NCBI GenBank assembly: GCA_964270895.1
Contig: OZ185445.1
DNA: 64,000 nt
DNA from: Podarcis filfolensis
Taxonomy: Eukaryota
Strand: one strand, 5' to 3'
A program made the position numbers and the translations under genes. The notes beneath the pieces were generated by a model. That model did not search any database, was not told the DNA's origin, and saw only the letters and a program-made list of their open reading frames with translations. Positions 38,110-51,081 of this stretch are shown piece by piece. How positions within the stretch are numbered: the first letter of the stretch is position 1; each line of letters starts with the position of its first letter.

Positions 38110-38415
38110 AAAAAAAATACACAGATGTGGGAATACTTAGAAAAAAATAATATACAAATCAGCAGGTCTGGATGACAAGCATCACAGAGTCGTAAGGGAA
38201 TTAGTTAATGAATTTGCTGAACTACTGGCAATTATTTCTGAAAACTCATGCAGAATCAGGAAGATGCCAGAGCGCTGGTGTGGGTGGGAAGCAACTACTG
38301 TATTACTTAAAAGAAGAAGAAGAAGAAGAAATCACTTGTGGCAAATTTGATTGCAATTCAGAGAAAATAATAATGGTATTCTTAAAAGGCGGAAATCCAC
38401 ACATACCTACAAGGT
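38110..38415 (+). mobile_element. Old CR1 LINE ORF2 fragment (start of the RT region)
   Basis: Degenerate match to the CR1 motif KSxGPDxxHPRVLKELxxxxAEPLAIIFENSWRTGEVPEDW (aaatcagcaggtctggatgac...gaaaactcatgcagaatcaggaagatgccagag). Confidence 0.7.
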
Positions 38416-39370
38416 AATGTGAAATTTAGGAATAAATAGAAGTAGACATGTCAATAATTATATCACACTGAATTACTAAATTTCTAGGCAGTAACATGGA
38501 TGATTTTCTGTTTGTCCAGTACAGTAATGGTTTTCCTGGAGATATGCACAAAGAACTGCAGTATTATTAACCTAGTGGGTTGAGAAGTTTCCATTACCTC
38601 CCATTTGTATACAGGCAGAGCTAGATAACTAGGGGCAGAAGCAACATTTCTAGAATTAGAAGGTCATATGCAGTGACCCCAATCCAGAGAACCTCACATG
38701 CAGCACTAGAACGCATGCAAGGTTCTTCTTGCTTTGGTCTGGCAGAACTGTACAAGCTGCTGGGGAAAGAAGGTGAATAAATCACATGGGATGCTTACTC
38801 TCTTGCATGGTGTGTCCAGCAGGACAGTGCATGCCATCCTGAATACTGAAAGTGTTAGATTTTAGCATCCTTTTGCATGTGAAGGGAATAATTCAGAAAA
38901 TGATGTACACACAGAAGTATTTCTAAGCATTACTTGCCTATGCTTCTTTGGGGAGGTGAATCAGATGATGATGATGATGATTAAAATGGCTCTGCAGGTG
39001 TATTGGGCCAACTGTAACATCTTACAAATATTCTCTCAACAACTGGGAATTAATCATATCACCAAGTGCTTATCTTAGATTTACTGTGTGACTGAATAGG
39101 GTAGTTTTAATACAATACAATCCGCTCCACTCTGCCCCATTCTGTTTTCCCCTTTTCGTGAAATCTCTATGACGTTTGGGGCTACTTCCCAGTTTGATTG
39201 TGCATCATTTGGACGCTCCTAAACTGGCCATTGTCTGTAGAACAATTTATGAGATTATATCAATGACATAGGCAGACAAGCTAGAGTTCATGTTTAGGCC
39301 CAGGATTCCAGAGTAAAATCATGACTATTCTGAAGTTGAAAATATGCAATTAACTTCAGTGGGATTGGGC

Positions 39371-39436
39371 AAAGTATTAGGCTCATGTTTTAAAAGTATT
39401 AGGCTCATGTTTTAAAAGTATTAGGCTCATGTTTTA
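39371..39436. repeat. Three perfect tandem copies of a 22-bp unit (AAAGTATTAGGCTCATGTTTTA)
   Basis: Copies at 39371, 39393 and 39415. Confidence 0.95.
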
Positions 39437-39567
39437 AAAACATCATTAACAACCTGGAATAGTAAATAAATGTGTTAATGTTAAATTAGGAAAATATCTA
39501 CAAAATGGAAAGCAAAATAAGCATTAATAGGAGTGGGGGGGAAATACTGAGATGTTAGACATCTACA

Positions 39568-39640
39568 GTGCAATTCTTTGCATGTTTATTTAGATTTCAG
39601 TGGGGCTTACTCTACAAGAAGTGTGTACTAGATTCTAACC
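39568..39640. mobile_element. Short palindromic squamate repeat, degenerate
   Basis: gtgcaattctttgcatgttta...tttcagtggggcttactc...gtgtgtactagatt. Confidence 0.5.
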
Positions 39641-39733
39641 TTAAGCAGGAAGAAAGCTAAGTATGATTGAGTTTTATATTTCCAGAAAACTGCTATCACT
39701 AGTGAATGTGCAAAATAATAAACAGCTGCACTT

Positions 39734-39735
39734 TA

Positions 39736-39792
<57 letters not shown>

Positions 39793-39820
39793 TACTACTA
39801 CTACTACTACTACTACTATT
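39734..39820. repeat. (TAT)n(TAC)n compound microsatellite
   Basis: Direct reading of the sequence. Confidence 0.95.
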
Positions 39821-40338
39821 AAACATTTCTGGCCTTTTTCATGACAGGGGCAGAAATTCAATTTAAATTATTTTGTTGCTGCTGCTGCTCCCAGAAACTC
39901 CTCAAACTCCTCTTCTGAGTATTACAGTCTCTTTTGGTATAGGGCACTGAGATTAGAGCTGCTATAATTTACACCTGGAGATTGCCTGAGTAGGTGTTTG
40001 CCTACTGTGCAAGACAAAGTGCTCCTTCCGCAGAGTTTACAAGTTTCTGTAGGACAATGAGCCCCTGTTGTGGAGTATACAAGCTATGTAAAACAAAAGC
40101 TTGTTCTGCTGTGCAGAAAAGAAGATTTCAATACAAATCTTCATCTGCAGATAACATACCTAGGTTGATACACTTCATTTTCGTTATTTGCTACAGTGGT
40201 AATGTCAAAACATTACTCCAAGGACCTGATGATGCTTTAAATTTTCAATTATTTCAGGTAATGCCAATCCAACTACCGGTAAATTCAGTTCAGTTGGATG
40301 CATTGGACTAGGAACAACAACAATAACAACAACAACTG

Positions 40339-40438
40339 ACAGGGACATCTCTCTGGATGTTGTTGGATTACAATTGCTATAAGCCCCTGCCAGCATGACC
40401 AGTGTTAATGGATGATGGGAGTTGTAGTCCAACAACAT
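40339..40438. mobile_element. Degenerate hairpin MITE related to the 44709 element
   Basis: gatgttgttggattacaatt...gatgatgggagttgtagtccaacaacat inverted arms. Confidence 0.65.
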
Positions 40439-40869
40439 TGTTGGCTTCTTGCAGAAAATGTCTGATTTCAGGTGTTGGCACAGAAATCAACTTGTGCATT
40501 TACTGGTGACGTGAATCTTCACCATAGCTTTACAAGAAAGGGAATAGGAGATTCTCAGAATATTACCTGCTAGACAATTAATATGATATGTGGTATAGAT
40601 AATCTGCAGACAGGTATGCTGGATCTTGGGTTTCCTATCTTTGTTATTTTCTGAAACCTTAAAAAATATATTTTTCAAGCCCTCTTTAAACACGAGGAAA
40701 TTCAGTGGTTACACTAAAGGCATGGCTGCCATATGAAGTGCGGTGGCCCTATCATGAATCCAAGTGAAATTATGTTCTACACTATTTCATGGGTTGAGAC
40801 CTGTAATTTTTACAAAAGCTTATTTCAAATATGTAGCCAGTGATGTTATATGCCTGGTTTTTAAAGCCT

Positions 40870-41600
40870 AAATTCATCTCCCTTTCTGTACTACTTCCTC
40901 TAGCAAAATTTGTATAGTGCTGTCATATCACTTCCCAGTCTCCTTTTTATAAGCTAAAGGGGCAAAACCTTTGAAACATCTACTCAGAAAATACATTTTA
41001 CTTAACCAACCTGATTGCTTTTTGCATGGATTCCATTTTGAACATTTTTTATTTAAATGGGTAACCAACATGAAGCATTTTTCCAGATGTGGCCTTATCA
41101 GCACCTAGTACGAGGGTACCAATAATTCTTTTGTTCCTACAAAAGTTTCCTACCCTAATAAATCCAAGAACAGACTTTGCCTTATAAGCTTGTAGAATTT
41201 ACTTTTTCCTCTTTGCATCAGCATCACATTGGTAGTTCACTTTCACCTTGTGACCACCCAGTATCTTGAAATCTCTTTCTTCCCCAGTTGTTCCTACTTG
41301 ATGAGCCCACAGTCCCAAATGCATGACCTTACACATATTGAATTTTCTTGTATTTTTATTATTACACCAGTTCATGAGATCATCTATTTCAGTCTGCATA
41401 ATTTCCTGATCCTTCCTTGTATTGACACTGCCTCCTCGCTCAGTATCAGCTGCAAATTTAATCAAAACACCCCTACTTCTCTTTCTATTACTAATAAAAA
41501 TACTGAATAAACTTCAGCCTAAGAATGGTCACAGGGATATTCTACTGCTGATTTCTTTCCAATTAGAATTTTTGCTTTTAGTAAACCCTTTTGTATTTTT
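40870..41600 (-). mobile_element. Old CR1 LINE fragment (RT C-terminal part)
   Basis: ORF 41199-41465 reads IKFAADT..GG...L.NW......KFN.CKVMHLG...ERD..ILGGHK....QCD, a decayed CR1 RT (FADD motif). Confidence 0.8.
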
Positions 41601-42558
41601 CTCTTTCTCCGTAGTCTTAGGGTCACATTAGACATAATTTAGAAGTATACTGCAAATAGCCTATGCATACCTTGCATGTTAGGGGATATGTTGTAGGTTT
41701 CATAGAACAGCAATTTTAAACGTCCACTGAAGCATTTTGATTCACATAGCAAGCTGGCTGTTGCCTTTATTCCTGTTGTTCAGTGCCACTACATTCCAAC
41801 AGTTGTTTGAAAATTCAGGGAGCCTGGTAATACTAGGCCTATGATAAGGCTAGAGGATACAGATTAGTCCTCTACATATTGTTAAGTGTTACCATACGGT
41901 TAGCAGTTCTATTAAAATGTCCACTTACACATTAAATGTTTAATATGTCAAAAATGTGTGTTCACTAACACATGCATGATATGGTCACACATAACAGGGA
42001 TCTGAGGTTCATTGCTGTAGTGTAAAGCAGGCATTTGCCCTCATGTAGCTCTAAAACGATCTTCAGTCTGATAATAACAGGTAGTAAGGCAGACATAACA
42101 TACAGCTGCATAGAGCACGTCTGAACTAATGACTCAGTCCAGTAAAACTTGTTTTGTGTAAAATAAAAAGATGGAATTATTCTAAAACAAATCCACTCCT
42201 TCATAAAGACTCCACACAGACTGCTGAACACATATGCAAAGATACCGTGAGCATGCAGTGGGCCTCTTCACCTAATAGGATACGTATGGCTTAGGTCTGG
42301 TCAGTAGCACACTTGAAAGCAAACATCATGTGGGCTGCTGTCAGACTCATGCAGTGAGTATACCATTGCATGAACCAGAGTCTTCACATGAAGGCTGTCC
42401 ACACAGCTGCTATGATATGTGATTGTGGTGCATCCAAAAGGGCTGCCATGATTATGCAAATAAAGGAGGCATAAGGACAGCCTTCATATCAAGGCACCAG
42501 TCCATACAATTGGTGCTTTTTTTGAGCTTTAACGTAACAGTGCTCTCTGCTTGTGTTG

Positions 42559-42640
42559 AGGCTGTCAATGTGAATCAAGAATTTACCTGGCACTCGGGCC
42601 CACTGATCTTATTAGGCTTACTTCTGAGTAGACATATTTT
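42559..42640. mobile_element. Short palindromic squamate repeat, degenerate
   Basis: aggctg...ttacctgg...cccactgatc...ggcttacttctgagtagacat. Confidence 0.5.
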
Positions 42641-44708
42641 ACTGTTCATTGCTTAACAAGGGAGAATATCTGCACCTACTGGTGTTGTTTTCTTACCACT
42701 GCAGTACTCTAATAGGAGAACAGGCATCTGACACACTTCTCCTTTCTATGTGAATGTTAAAAGCACAGAGTATTGTGAATTGAAAGTATTGTGAATCTGT
42801 CAAGCCTCATTGCAGCAGCTGGTTTTAAAGCTGTTCTGTTTTCAAACACAGTATTTATTTTCTGTAAGCATCTTATAGCTTAATAAATCCACATGGATCA
42901 TTTATTCTTAGAATTGAATTAAACGACAACTGGTGTCCCAAGTTCATGTTAGGTACATTTAAACAAGATAATATCTTATTTGCAAAGTCCACTAATCAAA
43001 TGAAATTATGCAAAGCACCAGAGAAACAGCCAAAACAACCACCTGAGCATTAACCAACAATTCCTTGAGACATGCACACAGCAGGGGTTGGGACAGGGGT
43101 TGGGGTGGGGACAGGACAAACAGCATGATGTATAAAAGGGACATTAGAAAAGATGATGCCATGGAATCATACATTGTGCTGTAGCGTCAAAGGGGAATTC
43201 ATTTAAAGATAAATGCAATGATTAATACTAAGGTCATAAGTAATTGACAGATCAAGGACAGACCCGAGAAACCATATAAATACATACATTTGAAAAGAAA
43301 ATGCACCTCTTTTATTCCAAGCAAGGATTGAAATTTAAGAGGAGAATTTTCATTGAAAATAATGCCATTGTGAATAACAAGGCTACTCAGGGAATATATT
43401 GTTTTTTGCAGTTAAAAAGGGCAAGTCTGCAGCCCTACATAATCGAGATGTGTGTGGGAGAATGTTATGGGTATGTTCACATCTAGGCTAATTCTAGATC
43501 AACATCAAAACCTCAATTTCTGTAGTGCTTTTACACAGTTTTATACCAATTTTTCTACTCCTCTTTTGCCTACTCTTCTTTTTCATGGCATGCACACCAT
43601 TACAAGGCAAAATATTGTGTTAATCCCATGTCACTTTGATTTGTTTTCCCACATGGTTATCAGATTCAACCTGTGCCTTAAAATTCTACAATGAAGCTAA
43701 ACATGAGATGGATGTAGCTTCTATTTCTTGCCACATTTACGGATGGATGGATGACAGGCCTGGGGGAAGTAGAGACAAGAGTAGCCATGGTCATCTTGTC
43801 CCTTGAAGCACTGGATCTTTTAAAAATACCAGGTAACATGCTTTTTACAGGGGATTCTCCTCTGTTTGGCTTTCCCTCCTTTCATTTCCACACAAATAGC
43901 AGTAACCCCATTTTGCAACTCCCATAATCCACGTAATTGCCATGTATGTTTCTACCACTAACAGCAGCAAGGAAACACCAGCCAAAAATACCGAGCAGAA
44001 AATTGTGTGAATGGTAGAGGGAGAGTGAAACAGCTGCCTCAGGAAGCAAATGCTGGGAGCCAGGCAGTAGCAAGACAGAGCTGTATGTGCCATTTGGCTG
44101 GCTCTGTGCCCTCCCAGCTAGCTTGCTGCCCTCAGATGCTGTGTCCCATTGCCAGTGTAGATGTAAAACTAGCAGATTAATCTGGTCAGTTTCTGTACAC
44201 AAAATTGAGGTGGGTGAGGGTGGTACCTTCTCCGTCAACTCAGGCAGCAAAATATCTTGGGCTGATCCTGACCCCACAGGTATACCAAAATCACAGATAA
44301 TGTATAATCCACATTTATTTGAATGACCTTTTATGTTGTGCTATTGTGGAAAATTTAGTAACCCTAACAAACAATACATTCATCTGAATTTCATAAGAGA
44401 AATTTAAACTTAAATTATTTTCTTTTTGACTATGTCTCAGCAGTCCAAGCAAATATATTATCCTTAAGTTTTTATTGCACAGCAAATATTGATCTAGGTT
44501 TTCCACGTAACGTGCATTAAATAGTCAAAACTATGAGGCTACAGGAATTTCCCTTACTTCACTGCAAAATACCAGGAAGGCATATATTTCAGTTTTAAGA
44601 CCAAAACAATTTGAGTAGAAAGTAAGTTGTGGAACATGGATCATTTTGGCAAAAACCAAAAGGGGAGTAAGTTAGTGGTCATGGGATAAGAAGGCAGGTC
44701 CTCTAATG

Positions 44709-44843
44709 CAGTGTTCCCCAACCTTGGCCTCCAGCTGTTTTTGGACTACAACTCCCATCGTCCCTCGCTAGCAAGACCAGTGGTCAAGGATGATGGGAAT
44801 TGTAGTCCAAAAACAGCTGGAGGCCCTAGGTTGGGGAACACTG
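44709..44843. mobile_element. hAT (Charlie-like) hairpin MITE, 135 bp
   Basis: TIR CAGTGTTCCCCAACC; inverted arms of about 57 bp with 4-5 differences; perfect 8-bp TSD CTCTAATG (44701-44708, 44844-44851). Confidence 0.93.
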
Positions 44844-44884
44844 CTCTAATGGATCAGTAACTATTTGAAGAACCCAAGAGAGTA

Positions 44885-45092
44885 GGAAATGGACAGTTGT
44901 CACAATGAAAGGATGTAACAGTGGGGTTCCCAAGATCCTGCACTGGACCAGTGCTTTTAAATTTGTTCATACATTAACTGCAGTTACAGGTGAGCAGTGA
45001 GGGGGCCAAGTCTGTTGTGACACCAAATTGTTCAGAGTGGTAAAACCATAAACTGGATGAATGAGCATTAAAATGGCAAATGTGTTTCAACT
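44885..45092 (+). mobile_element. CR1 LINE RT core fragment
   Basis: Degenerate SGVPQGSVLGPVLF...V.KFADDTKLF coding DNA (cagtggggttcccaagatcctgcactggaccagtgcttttaaatttgttcat...gacaccaaattgttcagagtgg). Confidence 0.8.
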
Positions 45093-48000
45093 TAAAGGGA
45101 TGTTAAATACTAAAATACAATTTAGCATTATGTTCACGAGCCTTGAACTCATGTGCTCCCTTCTCCGCTCTGGAGTGGCTGCGAGGAGATCTGAAGTTTT
45201 CACTTCCATTTTTAATTAGCAGCTGCTTAGCAAACTTCAAACTCTGCTTAATATTAACTATGTTTTATTGAATTCAAGCTGGGGCTGCAAAGGAAGATAT
45301 GAAGAATTGGGAGTGCACTCCCACTTCTTCCTTTGATGTTGAATCACCTGACATCAGATGATTGGCAGATAGGCAGTCCCACACATCTGGCTCTAAACCA
45401 CAAGCCAAATACAGTTCCCCATCTCTGCACTAAACAATAGTTTAGCATTATGTCCAGAAGCAGCCAATATGTACAAAATCTATACACCCCAATTACACAG
45501 TACTGCTTTTTTAGCTGGAGTGGAAGGGAGGATAACTTCATTGTTGCACCAAACAAATTTATACTGATGCAGTGAATATTGACCCTCTGCTTATTAGAGT
45601 GATCTTTGGTGGTCTCTGCTAATGAACATTGCTGGAAAAGGCAGACAATGGTTATCTAGTCTACGATTTTATGGATAGTGATCATTGCTACGGGTCAAGT
45701 ACACCAATAGTGCAATCATAAAGTTAATAACCTCTGCCTTAAGAGCTTTACATGAGAGTGTCTCAGAAGAACATTGCTTCTTTTAACACACAGCCTTTTG
45801 AGATACATTATTTATAATTTATAGCCAATCTGAAGCAGAAAGATTTTCCCATGCAAGTTATAGTAATCAATACAACTCTGTGCCTATTATAATCCAATGA
45901 GTCAAAGAAAGAGAAAAAGCTAGATAAAAGCTGCAGCTCTGCAAATGAATCAGTAGTTTACATTAGATGTGCAAAAAATGTACTGTAAAAGCATATTGGA
46001 GAAAATGCTTTCAATACTGCAATTCCACAGCTGAATGTCAGACTGGAAATGAATAATATATATATTCAAGCTATAAGTGTGTTATTTTATTTCACATGCA
46101 TCACAGTCCACCCTTATTTTTTCTAACTTAAAACATACAAAAATGGTTCACAGTGGCCTAATGCTTGTAGTTCAAAGTAAACTCAAAAAGTCTTTCAGAT
46201 ATGAGTTTTGTCAAACAGGGCTAACATGGAAATTAGCACATGCGGCTGAAAGCATTCATTGTATTAATTAGTAATCAATCCATTCATTAATCACAGTTTT
46301 AAAATGAGAATTATTTAACTGAAGCTGTACTTGGTGAAAGGATGTTTTGTTCTGATGGCATTGTTGTACACAATCTGTTTGCAACTCTTGAATCAAATAA
46401 TGTGTTTAAATTGTGTTCTAAATGAAACATTCTTTATCAGTCAAAAGAAACTAATATTTTAATTGCATACTAGCAGCTGTGGGTTTCGTTAAGAGCTTTG
46501 ATGAAAAGTCTACAAGGTGAATGAAACTAGATGTACTTAATGAAGTTACCCATTTTCTGGCATCTTGAGTCTTCAGATGAGAGTATATAGAAAGAAAATA
46601 ATCCAGAGACTCCTGATAAAGTCCTTAGGGTGGAGTCCATAATACACTGGCATCACAACAGTCCCATTAGCATTAAAGGAATGGCCCTAGAATGACAGCC
46701 ACCTGTGGGGGGGTCTCTTTTCTACTTTCAGCAGAAGCAAAAATTCCACGCATGAGATTTGGGAAGAAAGACAGATATTACAGAATAACATTAATTATTT
46801 CAAAATAATGTGCTGTGATCTCCATCATACAGAAAACCACTGAGTTATCCTACTTGAGCTGTGTTGTTTGAAACCAAACAACATCTTAAAATCTGCTGGT
46901 GAGTATGTCACACTGCAAGACAATTGGGCAACATTTGTCTGTTTTTTTGTATCTGCTTGTGATAGTTGTTACTAGAATCTAAAGAAAGACTAATCCTATT
47001 CCTTTCAGGTGAAGTGGAATAACAAGGGGCATATAACATATGTGTGTGTTAATTCTCAAAAGTAAGTCTCCTTGTTGTGCAGAGATGTTTAAACGTTTTT
47101 ACAACTTATCATATCGAAACCATACCTATAATTACAAGTCCCAGGTTTTGTTTACAATAAAAATCAAGATGTTGTAATGGAAAAGTTATCAGCTAAGAAT
47201 TGGTGAACAGCAATTCTATGTCATCATCTATAAAATATGTAAGTTACAATGCCAAAACACCAATGAACAAACACCAAGGAAAAGTAGTTCTAAAAACAAG
47301 TAGCATCAGGGAGAAATAGTTCTGTTTAGCATATAGTTCTACCTCTACTGCCTCTATGCCTAATAATTGTTGGCCCATGGGGTTTTGTTGTTGCTCTGTT
47401 TAACAAGTCCTAGACATTTTGTATAAATAAGTTTTTGTGTTATGTTTTAGAGACAGACTTAGTCTGAGGAACATGCTGCCATGGAAACAGAATAATGTCT
47501 GGAGGCGCCAAATGCGAAACATAGTTTAAATTTCAGTCAGTATCAATCACTGATATTATAAAGGAAATATGGCACCTTTGTTAGTATGGCCCTTTCCTTT
47601 GGCAGGTGCTGAGTCCCAGCAGATAAATGGTAGAATAATTCACTGTAGACTGGGACGGCCAGTGTTTTCTACAGGAGGCAGAGTCCAAGTATTAACTTTG
47701 ATCTGAGGCCCTTGCTCAAAAAAAAAAAAGTTCCTGATGTTCACCTATCTTGTTCAATGTTCAGTATAACAGAATTGAAGAATCCTTTTTAGCCCAGTGG
47801 CCACATTCCCTTATATGAAACTTTCCAGCGGTTGCACACCTACTTATTTTTAAATACAGAGTTTGTGAAAAGCTTTTAATTTTTGAAAAAACCAACCATA
47901 TAAGATGTCTAGATCATGCCTTTATAGAGGGTTATTGATACACAACAAATTGGATGTTGCCTGTATAATACTGTTTTTAAAAATGGGGTGGTGCAGTGAA

Positions 48001-49841
48001 ATGCCATGCTAATTTAAAGGATAAACCTTCTGCAGAAAGATGCAAACCATCTAGAAAGTGCTGGATGCAAAAGTGGCAGATTTAACTGAAGCCAATAGTA
48101 GTAGTCTAAACCAGCAGCATTAGCAAATTGAAGTTTAGTGTTTGTAAAGGACTGTATAAGTTAATGCAAAAACTGACATTTCAACAGAAGAAAAAGAAGG
48201 GAAGCACAGCATAGAGCCAATAAAGATGGATCTATAATGTAAACATGCAATAGTATAATTTTAAACATTATAACAATAATGTGCTAAATTAGGAGCATTT
48301 GGTTTTCTAATTAACATTTTCAAATGTCTGAAACAACCCTACGCCTAATAGCAGGATCAAAGAGTTCCCATTTATCTTTGGAAAGCATTCTACATTAGGG
48401 ATTTTTTGCTGCTGTTGCCAAAATGACTAAGATGCTTTGCACTGATAACTCTTAGTGATATGATAGTGACTATTTTTGGTAGTCCACTGAGTGTTTGATA
48501 ACTGAACATTAAAAATAGGATATGCCATATGTTCTGGTTTAGTTGTTACTCAGCCTACATTTAATAAAGACACTCTGAAAATTAGACTTTTTCTTAATGT
48601 GGATCATTATTTGAACTCACAAGTCATACATGTGCCATATATCAACATGTTTCAAAATAGGCACCAACTACCTCTGTAAACCTACATCCTCCCAGTAAAC
48701 CCTGATGCATGTTTCTAAATAATATGCATTGAAAAGGGTAATTTTGATCACCATGATGGTAAAATTGTAGCGTTGCAGTCTGTATTTCAGACAGACTAGA
48801 TCTTTAGTGAAACTGGTATCATTGCAATGGTTGAAACTACCTGGAAGTTGGTGCATTGCACATTTTATTCCCAGAGACAGTCCAGGGTTTGGGGTGCCTT
48901 GGGCAATCTGGAGAGCTCCCTTTTCTGTTGGTGGGTCATGGCAGCTTACATGGCTGGAGCAATCAAAGCAGCATCATTACAATTTCTCTTAATGCCCCAG
49001 AACGCTACTACTTCAGGGGCATTGTGGGAAATTCAAATTGCAAAGGAAAGGGGATCTAGGGCAGATGTTAATAGTGGGGCTTAAAGGCGTGCTTGGGCCC
49101 TGGCAGCTGTCCAAGGGTGTCAGGTGCCAACACTGGTCCTGGGTAGATGTGTGATCATTCAAACTATTCAAGAATCATCCCTCTGGAAAAGCAAGAGAAA
49201 ACTCATATAGGTTCAGGAGGGCTGAAGTCTTACGAATCTTAAATATAAAGGGAGTCTTTTAATTCTAAAAAAAAAAGTTCAAGGAAATGTTTAAATAGAA
49301 GATACTGAAATCACCTCAAAGTTCAGTGTGTTTCAGATGAAACAATTAAATTAGCTTGCAGTAGTGACTGTACAATTTACACTGGCTAGAATATATATTT
49401 GATTTCTCTGCTACTTTATAACCTGTATTAACAGTATTCACAAATATCAGAAATAGCATAAGAGGATCAAATAGGTGTTTTTAAAAAATGTTATTTATGA
49501 AAGTTTTATTCTATGGCTTATGCTGTTTGTAAATTGTAAGAATGCTCTTCAGTGGCAGCAATTACAGGTGAAACTCGGAAAATTAGAATATCATGGAAAA
49601 GTTCATTTATTTCAGTAATTCAACTTAAAAGGTGAAACTAATATATGAGATAGACTCATGACATGCAAAGCGAGATATGTCAAGCCTTTATTTGTTATAA
49701 TTGTGATGATTATGGCGTACAGCTGATGAAAACCCCAAATTAACAATCCCAGAAAATTAAAATATTAAATGAAATCAGCAAAACAAGGATTGCAAATAGA
49801 GCAATATTGGACTTCTGAGAAGTAGAAGCATGCATATGTAC

Positions 49842-51081
49842 TCAATACTTGGTTTGGGCCCCTTTTGCATCAATTACTACCTCAACGCGGACTTGTAATC
49901 TGGGGAACCAGGTTCGTGTCTCCACTCCTCCACATGCAGCTGCTAGGTGACCTTGGGCCAGTCACACTTCTTTGAAGTCTCTCAGCCCCACTCACCTCAC
50001 AGAGTGTTTGTTGTGGGGGAGGAAGGGAAAGGAGAATGTTAGCCGATTTGAGACTCCTTCGGGTAGTGATAAAGCGGGATATCAAATCCAAACTCCTCCT
50101 CCTCCTCCTCCTCTTCTTCTTCTTCTTCTTCTTCTTCTTCTATCAGCCTGTGATACTGCTGAGGTGTTATGGAAGACCAAGATGCTTCAATAGCAGCCTT
50201 CAGCTCTTCTGCATTGCTCAGTCTCATGTCTCCCATCTTTCTCTTGGCAATGCTCCATAGATTCTCTATGGGGTTCAGGTCAGGCGAGTTTGCTGGCCAA
50301 TCAAGCACAGTAATCCCATGGGCATTGAACCAGGTTTTGGTACTTTTGGCAGTCTGGGCAGGTGCCAAGTCCTGCTGGAAAATGAAGTCAGCATCTCCAT
50401 AAAGCTCGTCTGCGGAAGGAAGCATGAAGTGCTCCAAAATCTCCTGGTAGACGGCTGCATTGACCCTGGACTTAATGAAGCACAGTGGACCAACACCAGC
50501 TGATGACATGGCTCCACAAATAAACACAAACTGTGGAAACTTCACACTGGACTTCAAGCATCTGGCAATGTGTGTCTCCCCATTCTTCCTCCAGACTCTG
50601 GGTCCTTGGTTTCCAAATGAGATGCAAAAGTTGCTCTCATCAGAAAAGAGGACTGGGACCACAGAGAAACAGACCAGTTCTTTTTTTCTTTAGCCCAGGT
50701 AAGACGCTTCTGATGTTGTTTCTTGTTCAGGAGCAGCTTGACAAGAGGAATACGACATTTGAAGCCCATCTCCAGGATCCGTCTGTGTGTGGTGGCTCTT
50801 GATGCACTACCTCCAGCCTCAGTCCACTCCTTGTGAAAGTCCCCAACACGTTTGAATGGTCTTTTCCTGACAATCCTCTCCAGGCTGTGGTCATCCCTGC
50901 TGCTTGTGCACCTTTTTCTTCCACACTTTTCCCTTCCACATAACTTTCCATTAATGTGCTTCGATACAGCACTTTGGGAACATCCAGCTTCTTCTGCAAT
51001 TACCTTTTGAGGCTTTCCCTCCTTATGGAGGGTCTCAATGATGGCTTTCTGCACAACTGTCAGGTCAGCAGCCTTCCCAAT
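49842..51081 (-). pseudogene. Tc1 transposase pseudogene
   Basis: HTH region (GCSQSAVSK), SDES / QQDLA / NPIE triad with 34 residues between the second D and E; start ATG>ATT at 51079-81; 1-nt frameshift near 50655; SINE insertion; C-terminal VIDAKGAQTKY* resumes at 49842-49889. Confidence 0.93.
49891..50140 (+). mobile_element. 5'-truncated CORE-type SINE (Squam3-like, lacertid-type) with (CTC)n(TTC)n tail
   Basis: B-box-like ggttcgtgtctcc, CORE motif gctaggtgaccttgggccagtcac, 3' end gatatcaaatccaaactc plus TTC repeats; family name from recall. Confidence 0.8.
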
